Shown in pieces: positions 1 through 9,086 of a stretch of DNA of 21,054 bases. The translations under genes were made by a program, and so were the position numbers. Within the stretch, counting starts at the first letter, position 1. Every line of letters starts with the position of its first letter. The stretch lies in NCBI GenBank assembly GCA_038257035.1, contig JBBSJT010000030.1, forward strand, positions 1 to 21,054. The letters run 5' to 3'. A model generated the notes under the pieces. That model had not been told where the DNA came from. It ran no database searches and was given only the letters and a program-made list of their open reading frames with translations. Source of the stretch: Chlamydiia bacterium. Lineage in GTDB: Bacteria > Chlamydiota > Chlamydiia > Chlamydiales > Parachlamydiaceae.

Positions 1-350
1 ATGGGACAGGAAAATCTTATAACAGCTTCAATCCTTTGCTCTGCTGAGCGAAATGGGTCAATTTTGCCTTGAGAGAAATAAAAAAAATGTATTGAAAATG
101 AAAAAAGCTTGACTAAATGCGCAATTAGAGAACTTTTAATCAAAATAGAGATTTATAAAGATTGTGAATTCGATTAAAAATTACGTAACTTTGCGAGAAC
201 CGTCCCCACTCGATTCTAACGTTTGAAAAAGTTAAAGTGCATTGAAATGAAAAATGAATTATTTTTGTGCAGTTTTAATGATAAATTCGAGGGCCTATGT
301 GTACACATGGCCCGAAGGATTTAGCACTAAAGATGCTAAAAAGAAACATT

Positions 351-677
351 TTACATTTTCAAAGCTGAAGTGGGGCAGGCTGTGATGCATGGGTAGCCTG
401 TGCAGTGAAGACATGGGGAAGTTTCCGGGTAGATGATGGGGTATCTTGTATTTTGATCTTCGATGAAGATGATGTTTACGGGACATGCGATCATGCAGGC
501 ATCGCAGCCGGTGCATAACTTTTGAAAGGTGGCATCGGGTGTTACGGCACCTGGCGGTCTTTCTTTAGGTTGAGATGATTTTTCTAGGTAGGAGATTACG
601 GGGTTATCTGAAAAAATTTCCAAACCCTTGCCAATTAAGCACTTAAATGATTCTCTGAAGAAGTCTTTTCGATCCAT
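351..677 (-). CDS. NapF/MauM-like ferredoxin-type protein (two 4Fe-4S clusters)
   Basis: N-terminal MDRKDFF, RPPGA motif, then CTGCDACMIACP and CLHCTGYPCITACPTSAL cysteine motifs typical of NapF/NapG/MauM ferredoxins. Confidence 0.8.
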   Translation of the reverse strand: MDRKDFFRESFKCLIGKGLEIFSDNPVISYLEKSSQPKERPPGAVTPDATFQKLCTGCDACMIACPVNIIFIEDQNTRYPIIYPETSPCLHCTGYPCITACPTSALKM

Positions 678-691
678 TATAAATATAAATT

Positions 692-848
692 GCTAATTTG
701 GAGTGCGGTGACTCGTCGCCGCTCTTTACTCAAATCGACTCGTCGATTTGCCTTTATTTTTGAATTTTTTGTAAAAATACAAAAATAAAGGGCCCGACAA
801 GTCGGGCTTAGGGCAAAGCGGCGACAAGTCACCGCACTCCAAATTAGC
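692..848. repeat. REP/REPIN-like palindromic element, copy A
   Basis: 32-bp inverted arms GCTAATTTGGAGTGCGGTGACTCGTCGCCGCT (692-723) and AGCGGCGACAAGTCACCGCACTCCAAATTAGC (817-848), 1 mismatch. Internal hairpins at ~731-750 and ~792-807. Central 12-bp inverted repeat CCTTTATTTTTG (751-762) / CAAAAATAAAGG (780-791). Confidence 0.9.
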
Positions 849-864
849 TGCTTTTTTCAAAACC

Positions 865-1110
865 TTATCTTGCTAAGAGCTCGATTGCAAGATCAACGCC
901 GTTTTTGGTCAGGTAAATGTCGGTCTCGCCCGATTTTTTAATAAAATTGGCCTGCATCAGCAATTTGCAGATAGCGTTAATACCGCGATCATGAAGGCCC
1001 ACTTTTTGACCTAAATCATAGCGGTTAAATTTGGTTTCAAGATCACCTGCCTTTAACGATAACTCGTAAAGCATGATCATTAATTTTTCATCTTGTGTTA
1101 CTGCTTTCAT
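865..1110 (-). CDS. Small hypothetical protein, probable winged-helix fold
   Basis: 81-aa ORF starting 4 nt after the cysS stop. The pattern 'RYDLGQKVGLHDRGINAICKLLMQANFIKK...IYLTKNG' resembles a MarR-type winged helix-turn-helix. Confidence 0.65.
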   Translation of the reverse strand: MKAVTQDEKLMIMLYELSLKAGDLETKFNRYDLGQKVGLHDRGINAICKLLMQANFIKKSGETDIYLTKNGVDLAIELLAR

Positions 1111-1113
1111 ATA

Positions 1114-2541
1114 TTATATACCCTTTTTTAGTTTGGGCCCATGAACTGTATCCTCAATGAAATAACCGCTCTTGATGATTTGGTCACGAAGCTCATCCGA
1201 TAATTTAAAATCCTTATCTTTTCTTGCCTGAATTCTTCTTTCCAGGGCTTGTTGCAATTCATTTGGAATTGCCTCTTCTTGTGCTTTAAAAGATAAAACG
1301 CCAAGAACATTATCAAATTCTTTTAACAATTCAATCAATGAAGTAGCCCCTTGGCTTGAAACCTCCTGTTTATCGCAAAGCGAATTCACTTCGCGAACAA
1401 GATCAAATAGGGAGGCCAAAGCAGATGAAATATTTAAGTCATCTGCTAAACTTGTCTTAAACTTGAATTTAGCCTCATCGATAATTTTTTTCAAAGAAGA
1501 ATCGTTATTTTTTTTTGATTTTTGATCTTCAATTTGATTTAAGCGATATATGAAGTCATCAAGCCTTCTTAAAGTCTGATTGACGGCATCAAGGCCTGTA
1601 AATGTGAAATTCACCTGTGTCTTATAATGAGTTTGAAGTAGCATGTAACGCACTTGTCTGCCGGAATACCCTTTGTTGATTAAATCCCGTAAAGAGTAAA
1701 AATTGCCAAGACTCTTTGACATTTTCTTTCCATCAACAACCAAATGCTCAGAATGCATCCAGATGTTAGAAAAGCGTTTATGCGAATAGGCTTCAGATTG
1801 CGCAATTTCATTTTCATGATGTGGAAACATATTGTCTATCCCACCAACATGAATATCAATTTCTTCGCCAAGAATATTCATCGCCATTGCAGAACATTCT
1901 AAATGCCAGCCGGGACGCCCTTTTCCGTAAGGGCTTTCCCAAAATATTTTGCCATCACGTGTTTCATCATAGGCTTTCCAGAGAACAAAATCAGCAACAT
2001 TGTCCTTTTCATACTCATCGCTATTGATGCGATTCGATGCACCTGTTTGCAACTCATCCAGGTGAATGTGTGAAAGGCAGCCATATCTTGGAAATTTATT
2101 AATCGCAAAATAAACGCTTCCATCAGCTCCTTTATAAGCCACACCATCAATTAATAGTTTGTCGATCATCACAATCATTTCTTTGATGTAGTCTGTTGCT
2201 GCCGGATAATGCTCAACAGGCTCAATATTTAATTCTTTAAGATCTTCAAAAAAAGCATCCTTAAAAGTCTTCGTGAATTCATCAAGCGTTACGTTATTGG
2301 CAATAGCTCCTTTTATTGTTTTATCATCAACATCGGTAAGATTCATCACCTGCGTGATCTCCATCCCAAAAAACTTGATTGTGCGTCTCAATAGATCTTC
2401 AAACACATAAGTTCTAAAATTGCCGATATGGGCATAATTGTAAACAGTAGGTCCGCACGTGTACATTTTGATCTGATTGCCAACTAACGGGGTCACCGGT
2501 TGCTTTTGGCGTGTTTCTGTATTAAAAACTTTTAATTGCAT
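1114..2541 (-). CDS. cysS: Cysteine--tRNA ligase
   Basis: MYTCGPTVY, HIGN, DFVLWK, GRPGWHLECSAM, FPHHENEIAQ and KMSKS motifs. Start moved to ATG 2541 (MQLKVFNT), which overlaps the end of aas. Confidence 0.97.
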   Translation of the reverse strand: MQLKVFNTETRQKQPVTPLVGNQIKMYTCGPTVYNYAHIGNFRTYVFEDLLRRTIKFFGMEITQVMNLTDVDDKTIKGAIANNVTLDEFTKTFKDAFFEDLKELNIEPVEHYPAATDYIKEMIVMIDKLLIDGVAYKGADGSVYFAINKFPRYGCLSHIHLDELQTGASNRINSDEYEKDNVADFVLWKAYDETRDGKIFWESPYGKGRPGWHLECSAMAMNILGEEIDIHVGGIDNMFPHHENEIAQSEAYSHKRFSNIWMHSEHLVVDGKKMSKSLGNFYSLRDLINKGYSGRQVRYMLLQTHYKTQVNFTFTGLDAVNQTLRRLDDFIYRLNQIEDQKSKKNNDSSLKKIIDEAKFKFKTSLADDLNISSALASLFDLVREVNSLCDKQEVSSQGATSLIELLKEFDNVLGVLSFKAQEEAIPNELQQALERRIQARKDKDFKLSDELRDQIIKSGYFIEDTVHGPKLKKGI

Positions 2542-5279
2542 TTGATTACCCCTTTTTCTTCTACACAAAGCTCGTCCAATCCACGATAATTAATTTTTCC
2601 TGATCCCATCAAAGGAATCGCTTCCAATTTTGTTATTGAAGAAATTTTTACAATATTACTAAAGCCAGATTCTTTCAATAATTTATTAATCTCTTCAAGA
2701 GAAACATCAAATCTTGTGAAAAGAAAAATCTTTGGTTTTTCACCTAAAATTTCTTTTGCAGAAATTGCAAGCGATGGGCCATCATTTTCAACATGCCATT
2801 TATTTTCAAGTGACATTTTTAAAAGAGCTTCTTCAATAGCACCCAAACTTACCATTTCAGCGCCAACTTTAATGAACCGTTTGAGTCTACCCGAAATCGT
2901 TAAACAGTTATTCGCATCTAAAAAGCCAAGGTCACCTGTTTTATACCACTCTTTACCCTGAACTGTGATGAAAGGCGATGATAACCCTTGATTCAAATAA
3001 CCTGCAAAAATATTTGGTCCTCTTGCTAGAATATGACCAGGAGTTTTTTGTTGCGCCTCTTTTGATAGAACTTCATTTGTTTCAGGGTGAACAATCAAAA
3101 GTTCAACACCATCGACAGGTTCACCCACACCTTTAGGAGTTTTTCCTACTCGGTTCATAGTTAAAATAGGTGAACATTCTGTAATTCCGTACCCTTCTAG
3201 AATGCAATCGCCTTTCCCAATTTTTTTCATCATCTCAAAAAGTTCAGGTGGTGCTTTTTCAGCTCCTGAAACCACAAGGCGAACAGTTTTTAGTTGCCCC
3301 TCTTTTGCTTGTGCAAGCATCCCTTTTACAAATGTTGGCGCTCCGCCAACTAGTGTAACACCCCATTTTTCTGCATTGCTTGCAAGCTTACTTCCTTCAT
3401 TGGGGTTGGGATAAAAAGCGACTCTTACACCGCTAAGAAGGCCAAGCATGGTGCTGACTGTAAAACCAAAAGCATGGAAGGGTGGCAAAATTCCGTATAG
3501 AATGTCTTTAGGGGTTAAATTAACTGTTTTTAGGCCAGCCCTTAAATTACTTAATATATTTTCATGAGATAACGGCACGCCCTTTGGCATGCTTTCTGTG
3601 CCGCTTGTAAAAAGTAAAACGGCAGGCGTAGAACTTTTCACCTTAAATGTTTTTAATAAGCTCTTTGTAGACAATTTAGAACGATAAAAGGCTTTGATTT
3701 TACTTTTTAGACCGATTTCTTTTTTCACATCTTCCAACATGATAAGTAAGGATTCGATCGGATCAAAATTAACATGATCAAGCCGGTCAAGAAAGTTTCT
3801 TGAGGAAAGAACTACTTGAACCTTGGAAAGTTTGACGACAGATTCCAAGTGGGCAGCTCCTACAGTCCAATTGATCATCAAGGGGGTTTTGCCGGCTAAC
3901 TGTGTGGCAAGAATTAAAATAGCAGCTCCGACACTCGAAGGAAGTAAAATACCTATGTAGTCCCCGGGTAATTTTGAAATGTAATCTGCAATAACAAGAG
4001 CTCTCATTTTAAGATCTTTATAGGTCAACACCCCTGAAACTAAATCCACACAAGCAGGATCAGTTCCTCGTTTTTCACAAATATTTAAGAAAACTTCAGG
4101 AATTGTGCTGCCCTCAGGTATTCCAATTTTAGCCTCGTTTGAAACTTTATGCCATTTGGAAAGATTGACATCTTCTTCTTGAGCTTCATCTTCACAAACA
4201 ACATCGCCTGCTGCAATTGCCATTAAATGGGCGACAGTCGTTAGATTTGCAGCAGATACATTAGCAACGTCAAATTCGTCATGTAAATAGGCTGTAAGTT
4301 CTGCCGTATCCAATGAGTCCAAACCAAGATCTGATGAAATCATCATTTCAGGCTTTATTTTTGAGGGTTCAAATTCGGTCATTTCAGACAATTTCGCAAT
4401 AACCTTATCCTGGATCTCTGTTGGAATTTTCTCAAGTTGAACATCTGTGACTTCGCTTGTTTTTTGCTTTTCCATTACAGGGTAATCCTCACCCCACATA
4501 CTTTGCGAAACAAGCATCAATGAGTCACCTGGCAGATCCCCTTTCTGAGAAGTCAGGCCATCCGGCAAATTGTACCAATCCTCCAGATATTTATTTAACT
4601 CAAGTCGAGTGGCATTTCTTGGAAAATCTTCTGGTGCCGGAAAAAATTCGATGATGATTTTTCTTCTTGGCGTAAAAAAAATTAAATTTTTAAATACATG
4701 TTTAATGCCTTCAATGATGGTTGGAAAAAGCGGTGGTGTTACGCCAAGAAATGCGCGTGAAAAGCTGCTGCCCCAAAGACCTTTTATGCGGACTAAAACA
4801 ATGTTTGCATCAGGAGAATCTTCAATAATATGATGAACGGCAGAAGCCCCTCCGATGACTTCAAGAGATGAATCTTTTAATCTTCCGGCAGGATAGATGA
4901 GAAAATTCTCTCCGTTCTTTAAACCCTCGATTATGCTTTTATTGACAGCTTCAAGTTTCTTTTTTTTCAAACTATTAGATGAAGTGCTGAAATTGGGAAC
5001 AGGGAGGGCATCCACAAAACGCATAAGAGTGTTAACAAATGGCAAATAGTACATGTATTCGACAATCATTGGGCGTATTGGGTATTTACCAAGCAAACTT
5101 AAGCTTATAGTCACTGGGTCGGTGAAACTTGCGGGGTGATTGGGCAGAAAAAGAACCCCTCCCGGTTTGTTTAAAGTTTTGGAATTAAGATTTTCCAAAC
5201 CCTTTACTTTAATTCTATAACGAAACCAAAGAGCAGCTTTTAGTAGATATGCAATGAAATATGAAATGATTGTTTTCAA
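2532..5279 (-). CDS. aas: Aas-like fusion: PlsC-type acyltransferase + acyl-carrier domain + acyl-ACP synthetase (AMP-binding)
   Basis: Acyltransferase motifs LPNHPASFTDP and FLIYPAG, carrier motif DLGLDSLD, adenylation motifs FTSGTESMPKGV, EGYGITECSP and YKTGDLG...SGRLKRFIKVGAEMV. Likely start is TTG 5279, 8 nt after an AAGGAG Shine-Dalgarno; the ORF track extends to 5318. Confidence 0.88.
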   Translation of the reverse strand: MKTIISYFIAYLLKAALWFRYRIKVKGLENLNSKTLNKPGGVLFLPNHPASFTDPVTISLSLLGKYPIRPMIVEYMYYLPFVNTLMRFVDALPVPNFSTSSNSLKKKKLEAVNKSIIEGLKNGENFLIYPAGRLKDSSLEVIGGASAVHHIIEDSPDANIVLVRIKGLWGSSFSRAFLGVTPPLFPTIIEGIKHVFKNLIFFTPRRKIIIEFFPAPEDFPRNATRLELNKYLEDWYNLPDGLTSQKGDLPGDSLMLVSQSMWGEDYPVMEKQKTSEVTDVQLEKIPTEIQDKVIAKLSEMTEFEPSKIKPEMMISSDLGLDSLDTAELTAYLHDEFDVANVSAANLTTVAHLMAIAAGDVVCEDEAQEEDVNLSKWHKVSNEAKIGIPEGSTIPEVFLNICEKRGTDPACVDLVSGVLTYKDLKMRALVIADYISKLPGDYIGILLPSSVGAAILILATQLAGKTPLMINWTVGAAHLESVVKLSKVQVVLSSRNFLDRLDHVNFDPIESLLIMLEDVKKEIGLKSKIKAFYRSKLSTKSLLKTFKVKSSTPAVLLFTSGTESMPKGVPLSHENILSNLRAGLKTVNLTPKDILYGILPPFHAFGFTVSTMLGLLSGVRVAFYPNPNEGSKLASNAEKWGVTLVGGAPTFVKGMLAQAKEGQLKTVRLVVSGAEKAPPELFEMMKKIGKGDCILEGYGITECSPILTMNRVGKTPKGVGEPVDGVELLIVHPETNEVLSKEAQQKTPGHILARGPNIFAGYLNQGLSSPFITVQGKEWYKTGDLGFLDANNCLTISGRLKRFIKVGAEMVSLGAIEEALLKMSLENKWHVENDGPSLAISAKEILGEKPKIFLFTRFDVSLEEINKLLKESGFSNIVKISSITKLEAIPLMGSGKINYRGLDELCVEEKGVIKCN

Positions 5280-5414
5280 ACCTGAAACTCCTTGAAATTT
5301 AATGATCAACCGGACCACGTCAGCAAGATAGAATTTACAGGACTATACCAGGTTTTCCAACTGTGCTACTTGAAAGTGAAAAAAATTAACCTCTACAATT
5401 TATAACATCTTAAA

Positions 5415-5463
5415 TTTTTTACAGGATATTCAGCGTTAGCGATCATGAATATTCTGTAAAAAA
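5415..5463. terminator. Stem-loop with T/A tracts, possible intrinsic terminator
   Basis: TTTTTTACAGGATATTCA (5415-5432) / TGAATATTCTGTAAAAAA (5446-5463): 18-bp stem, 1 mismatch, 13-nt loop, ~120 nt downstream of the 5584 stop. The stem is AT-rich for a terminator. Confidence 0.5.
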
Positions 5464-5583
5464 TAAGAAAAGATATAATCATTTCCGGTCAGGATTTTTA
5501 ATTTCCGGTGGCACCAGTATATTATCCGCAAATCTTATCTTGACAATGTGCCATTTTCCCAGATTAAAACATAAAATTACAAG

Positions 5584-7230
5584 TTATTTTAATGATATAT
5601 CGTATTTGCACTCATAATCTTCTATTTGAAGCGCCCCATCAGCATCGAATTTCAAACTGTAGTTAAAATAGATGATAATGGGATCCTTTATAACAATTTT
5701 ATTTTGGCCTATATTAAGTTCATTAATAACGTTTTTTTCGCTTATCTGAACTCCCCCCTTAATTTTAACATTTACTTTTTCAATATTTCCTAAAGTATCG
5801 TGAATCACTTCGACTTTAATTTTTGCATGATCTGTCGTTTCCCATCGAAACTCATGTACCCCATCACTCCAAGTATAAAGATATCCGGGTTGGAAGTGAA
5901 AACTCATCGCGGCTTCTCCAAACACACCCAAACTCATTTGAGTGACAGCCATTTGGATTATTGGTATGAACCTTTGATTATGTGCATTATCTGGTAGACA
6001 AAGCTCTCTTACCGCATTAGCCGCAAATTTTAATCTTTCATCAAGATTATTGTAATCATGTGGAACAGGCAATTCATCTATAATTTTATTGTAAGAATCC
6101 TCTCTTTCAAATTCCATTGTCCTTAAATAATCTTTTTTAAATTGAGGAATGACTTTCAAATCGGAACCATCAGAAATTTTATTAAATTCTTCAATAGCAG
6201 AATTAAAAATTTTTAAAGTTAAATCCTGACTATTAGGTAAGTTTTGCAAAAAATTATGAATGACTTCAAATCGATAACTTTCAAGAAATTGATTTAAAAG
6301 CTCATGTTTCTCTTCATCAAGAAAATTACGAGCCGTCTGTTCCGTCATTCCTACTGAAAACTGATAATCTGGGTAATTTATTAAATTTTTTAATTTCTGA
6401 CCTGTTTCATTGGTCTCAACAAAAGATTTAAACAATAATTTATTTAATAAATCCTTTATTTTCAAAGCATCATCATCTGAAACTTCCCAAGTTTCAGGTT
6501 TAATATCATCAAAAGTATCAAAAGCTTTCATATCGCCTTTAAAGCTTTGCTTAATCATATTTTTTAAATTTTGATCCTTGTCTTGTTGGAGTATGGATTT
6601 TAATTTAATGAAGGTTTTGACGCTGATTTCGTTTTTAAGTAGCAATTGTAAATTTCCAACAATCTCTTCTGCCTCTTTTACATTTATTTCTTCAGTTTTC
6701 CCAATTTTTTCAAGTATTGTTTTTGGAATGTAATAATAAGCAACCCCCAAGTCTTTACTTGGTTCTATGTCTTTACCGTTATATTTCATTGAAAAGTTCT
6801 CTTGCAATTTATGAATATCGGTCATTGCCTGATTAATAATTTTTAGAGTGGAGTTATCTAAGGTTTTGAATGATCGAACTTTTTCCAAACCATTATATGC
6901 CATTTCCAATTCTTTAATGGTTTCTTTTAATTTGTACTCACCGGGATGTGAATCAGTAAATTCTATTTTTAGTTGAGTGATTGTTTTATTCAATAGGGAA
7001 GGAAGACTATTAAGTCCGGGTTGCTGCCAGCTCAACCAGTTCTGCCATTCTTCTTTGCTTGTCCAACTTTCAAAATGAGACTTTGCTTGAGCTTTGACTT
7101 TTACTTCAAGATTGTTATCAAAAATAATAAGCTGCGGCAGTCCCTCTTGATCTTCTTCAAATTGACGCATCATTGCAAGCTTGTGCAAAACTTCATGTGA
7201 GGGCAAGATATTTACATTAGACGGTTCCAT
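5584..7230 (-). CDS. Large hypothetical protein (orphan, candidate secreted effector)
   Basis: Long AT-rich ORF. ATG 7230 (MEPSNV) is preceded by AAGGAG. No motif recognised. Confidence 0.8.
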   Translation of the reverse strand: MEPSNVNILPSHEVLHKLAMMRQFEEDQEGLPQLIIFDNNLEVKVKAQAKSHFESWTSKEEWQNWLSWQQPGLNSLPSLLNKTITQLKIEFTDSHPGEYKLKETIKELEMAYNGLEKVRSFKTLDNSTLKIINQAMTDIHKLQENFSMKYNGKDIEPSKDLGVAYYYIPKTILEKIGKTEEINVKEAEEIVGNLQLLLKNEISVKTFIKLKSILQQDKDQNLKNMIKQSFKGDMKAFDTFDDIKPETWEVSDDDALKIKDLLNKLLFKSFVETNETGQKLKNLINYPDYQFSVGMTEQTARNFLDEEKHELLNQFLESYRFEVIHNFLQNLPNSQDLTLKIFNSAIEEFNKISDGSDLKVIPQFKKDYLRTMEFEREDSYNKIIDELPVPHDYNNLDERLKFAANAVRELCLPDNAHNQRFIPIIQMAVTQMSLGVFGEAAMSFHFQPGYLYTWSDGVHEFRWETTDHAKIKVEVIHDTLGNIEKVNVKIKGGVQISEKNVINELNIGQNKIVIKDPIIIYFNYSLKFDADGALQIEDYECKYDISLK

Positions 7231-7407
7231 AAAACTCCTTTTTACGAACAGAATACCATACAATTATTAATAAACCGTTAAGATTAATTAAATTTATTGT
7301 AAATCAAACTTACTCAATCAATAATTAATAATTATAGCAGAATCTTAATTATATTACATCGGTTTTATTTGATAATTTAACATTTGCAAAAACGAGAAGA
7401 TTTGTTT

Positions 7408-9066
7408 ATGAATGACAAAAAATTAAAATATTCTTACATTGAGAATATGAATAAAGAACAAAATTTTGAAGTTGCCGGCAATTATGTCGACTTGATCAAT
7501 AGACGTATATACCCGGCTACTGTAATAGTTAAAAATGGCAAAGTTTTTGACGTTAAGGAAGACCCATTCCCGAAAAATTCTTATTTTATCATGCCGGGCT
7601 TTATTGATAGCCATGTGCATATTGAAAGTTCCATGTTAACACCAACAGAATTTGCAAGACTTAGCACCCCGCATGGTACCGTAGCTACAATCTCCGATCC
7701 GCATGAAATAGGCAATGTTTTGGGTCTTGAGGGCGTAAGGTACATGATTGATAATGCTAAGAATACCCCCTTTTACTTTTATTTTGGAGCACCCTCCTGT
7801 GTTCCTGCTACAACGTTTGAAACTTCCGGTGCAACCATTGATGCCGATGCTATTGGCACCCTTTTTAAAGAAGATGGATTAAAATATTTAAGCGAGATGA
7901 TGAATTATCCGGGTGTTTTAAACCGTGATGCCCAAGTCATGAAAAAAATCGAAATGGCACAAAAATTTAATCTTCCTATTGACGGTCATGCTCCCGGTTT
8001 AAGAAGCCACGATGCTAAAACCTATGTAGATGCAGGAATTTCCACTGATCATGAATGTTTTCAACTCGATGAGGCGTTGGAAAAAATTAAATATGGAATG
8101 AAAATTCTTATTAGGGAGGGGTCTGCTGCAAAAAATTATGAAGCCTTGCACTCGTTGATTCAAACAAACCCTGAAAAAATCATGTTTTGCAGCGACGATA
8201 AACATCCACATGAATTAGTAAGCGGCCACATTAACCAACTTGTCAGAAGATCGATCGAAAAGGGCTATGATGCCATGGATGTGCTGTCTATTGCAACTCT
8301 TCATCCGATCCTTCATTACAAATTGGATGTTGGACTTTTGAGAAAAGATGATGCGGCTGATTTTATTATTGTCGACAATCTAAAAGATTTGAAGGTGCTT
8401 AAAACGTACATTAAAGGCATTCTTGTGGCATCCGATGGCAAATCACTATTGCCTTACCAACGAGGAGAGATCCTAAATCATTTTGATGTAAAAGAAAAAA
8501 GCGTTGAAGATTTCAAATTAAATTTAAGTGATGAGGACTCCCCTATCATTCAGGCGATAGACGGTGAACTTATCACCAAAAGGTTCGATGCCAAATTAAA
8601 TAAAGACAACCCGATAGATATTCAAAAAGACATTCTTAAATTAGCAGTTGTTTGCCGATACAATAACAAGCCACCTGCTGTTTCTTTTATTAATGGTTTT
8701 GGATTGAAAAAAGGGGCCATAGGATCAAGTGTTGCACACGATTCGCATAATATAATTGTTGTTGGAACAAATGATGATGAAATTTGTAAAGCTGTCAATG
8801 CGCTCATAGAAGCAAAAGGCGGTATCGCCATTTCATCTGATGGAAGTGTGGATATTTTAAAACTACCAATCGCCGGTCTAATGAGCCCGGAAGATGGTTA
8901 TACGGTTGCAAAAGATTATACCCGGCTTGACTTAAAAGCAAAAGAGCTAGGTTCTACCCTACAAAGCCCATTTATGACACTTTCATTCATGGCACTTCTT
9001 GTGATACCCTCTCTAAAATTAAGCGACAAGGGCCTCTTTGATGGCACCTCCTTCAAGTTTATTTGA
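7408..9066 (+). CDS. ade: Adenine deaminase
   Basis: PGFIDSHVHIESS, SDPHEIGNVLG, IDGHAPG, DHEC, REGSAAKN, SSVAHDSHN and PFMTLSFMALLVIPSLKLSDKGLFD motifs. Start uncertain (ATG 7408 or 7447). Confidence 0.95.
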   Translation: MNDKKLKYSYIENMNKEQNFEVAGNYVDLINRRIYPATVIVKNGKVFDVKEDPFPKNSYFIMPGFIDSHVHIESSMLTPTEFARLSTPHGTVATISDPHEIGNVLGLEGVRYMIDNAKNTPFYFYFGAPSCVPATTFETSGATIDADAIGTLFKEDGLKYLSEMMNYPGVLNRDAQVMKKIEMAQKFNLPIDGHAPGLRSHDAKTYVDAGISTDHECFQLDEALEKIKYGMKILIREGSAAKNYEALHSLIQTNPEKIMFCSDDKHPHELVSGHINQLVRRSIEKGYDAMDVLSIATLHPILHYKLDVGLLRKDDAADFIIVDNLKDLKVLKTYIKGILVASDGKSLLPYQRGEILNHFDVKEKSVEDFKLNLSDEDSPIIQAIDGELITKRFDAKLNKDNPIDIQKDILKLAVVCRYNNKPPAVSFINGFGLKKGAIGSSVAHDSHNIIVVGTNDDEICKAVNALIEAKGGIAISSDGSVDILKLPIAGLMSPEDGYTVAKDYTRLDLKAKELGSTLQSPFMTLSFMALLVIPSLKLSDKGLFDGTSFKFI

Positions 9067-9086
9067 GCCGTGTAACCATACGTTTT

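Noticed and set aside
295..516. 73-aa minus-strand ORF
   Set aside because: Alternative frame overlapping the ferredoxin gene, with no recognisable features.
692..848. tRNA or riboswitch
   Set aside because: No cloverleaf or T-loop signature, no aptamer I recognise; the strand-symmetric palindrome and second copy fit a repeat element better.
1128..8831. Short ORFs nested in cysS, aas, the 5584 orphan and ade (e.g. 1128-1316, 1821-2027, 2716-2961, 4570-4833, 7999-8211)
   Set aside because: Shadow or alternative-frame ORFs fully inside well-supported genes.
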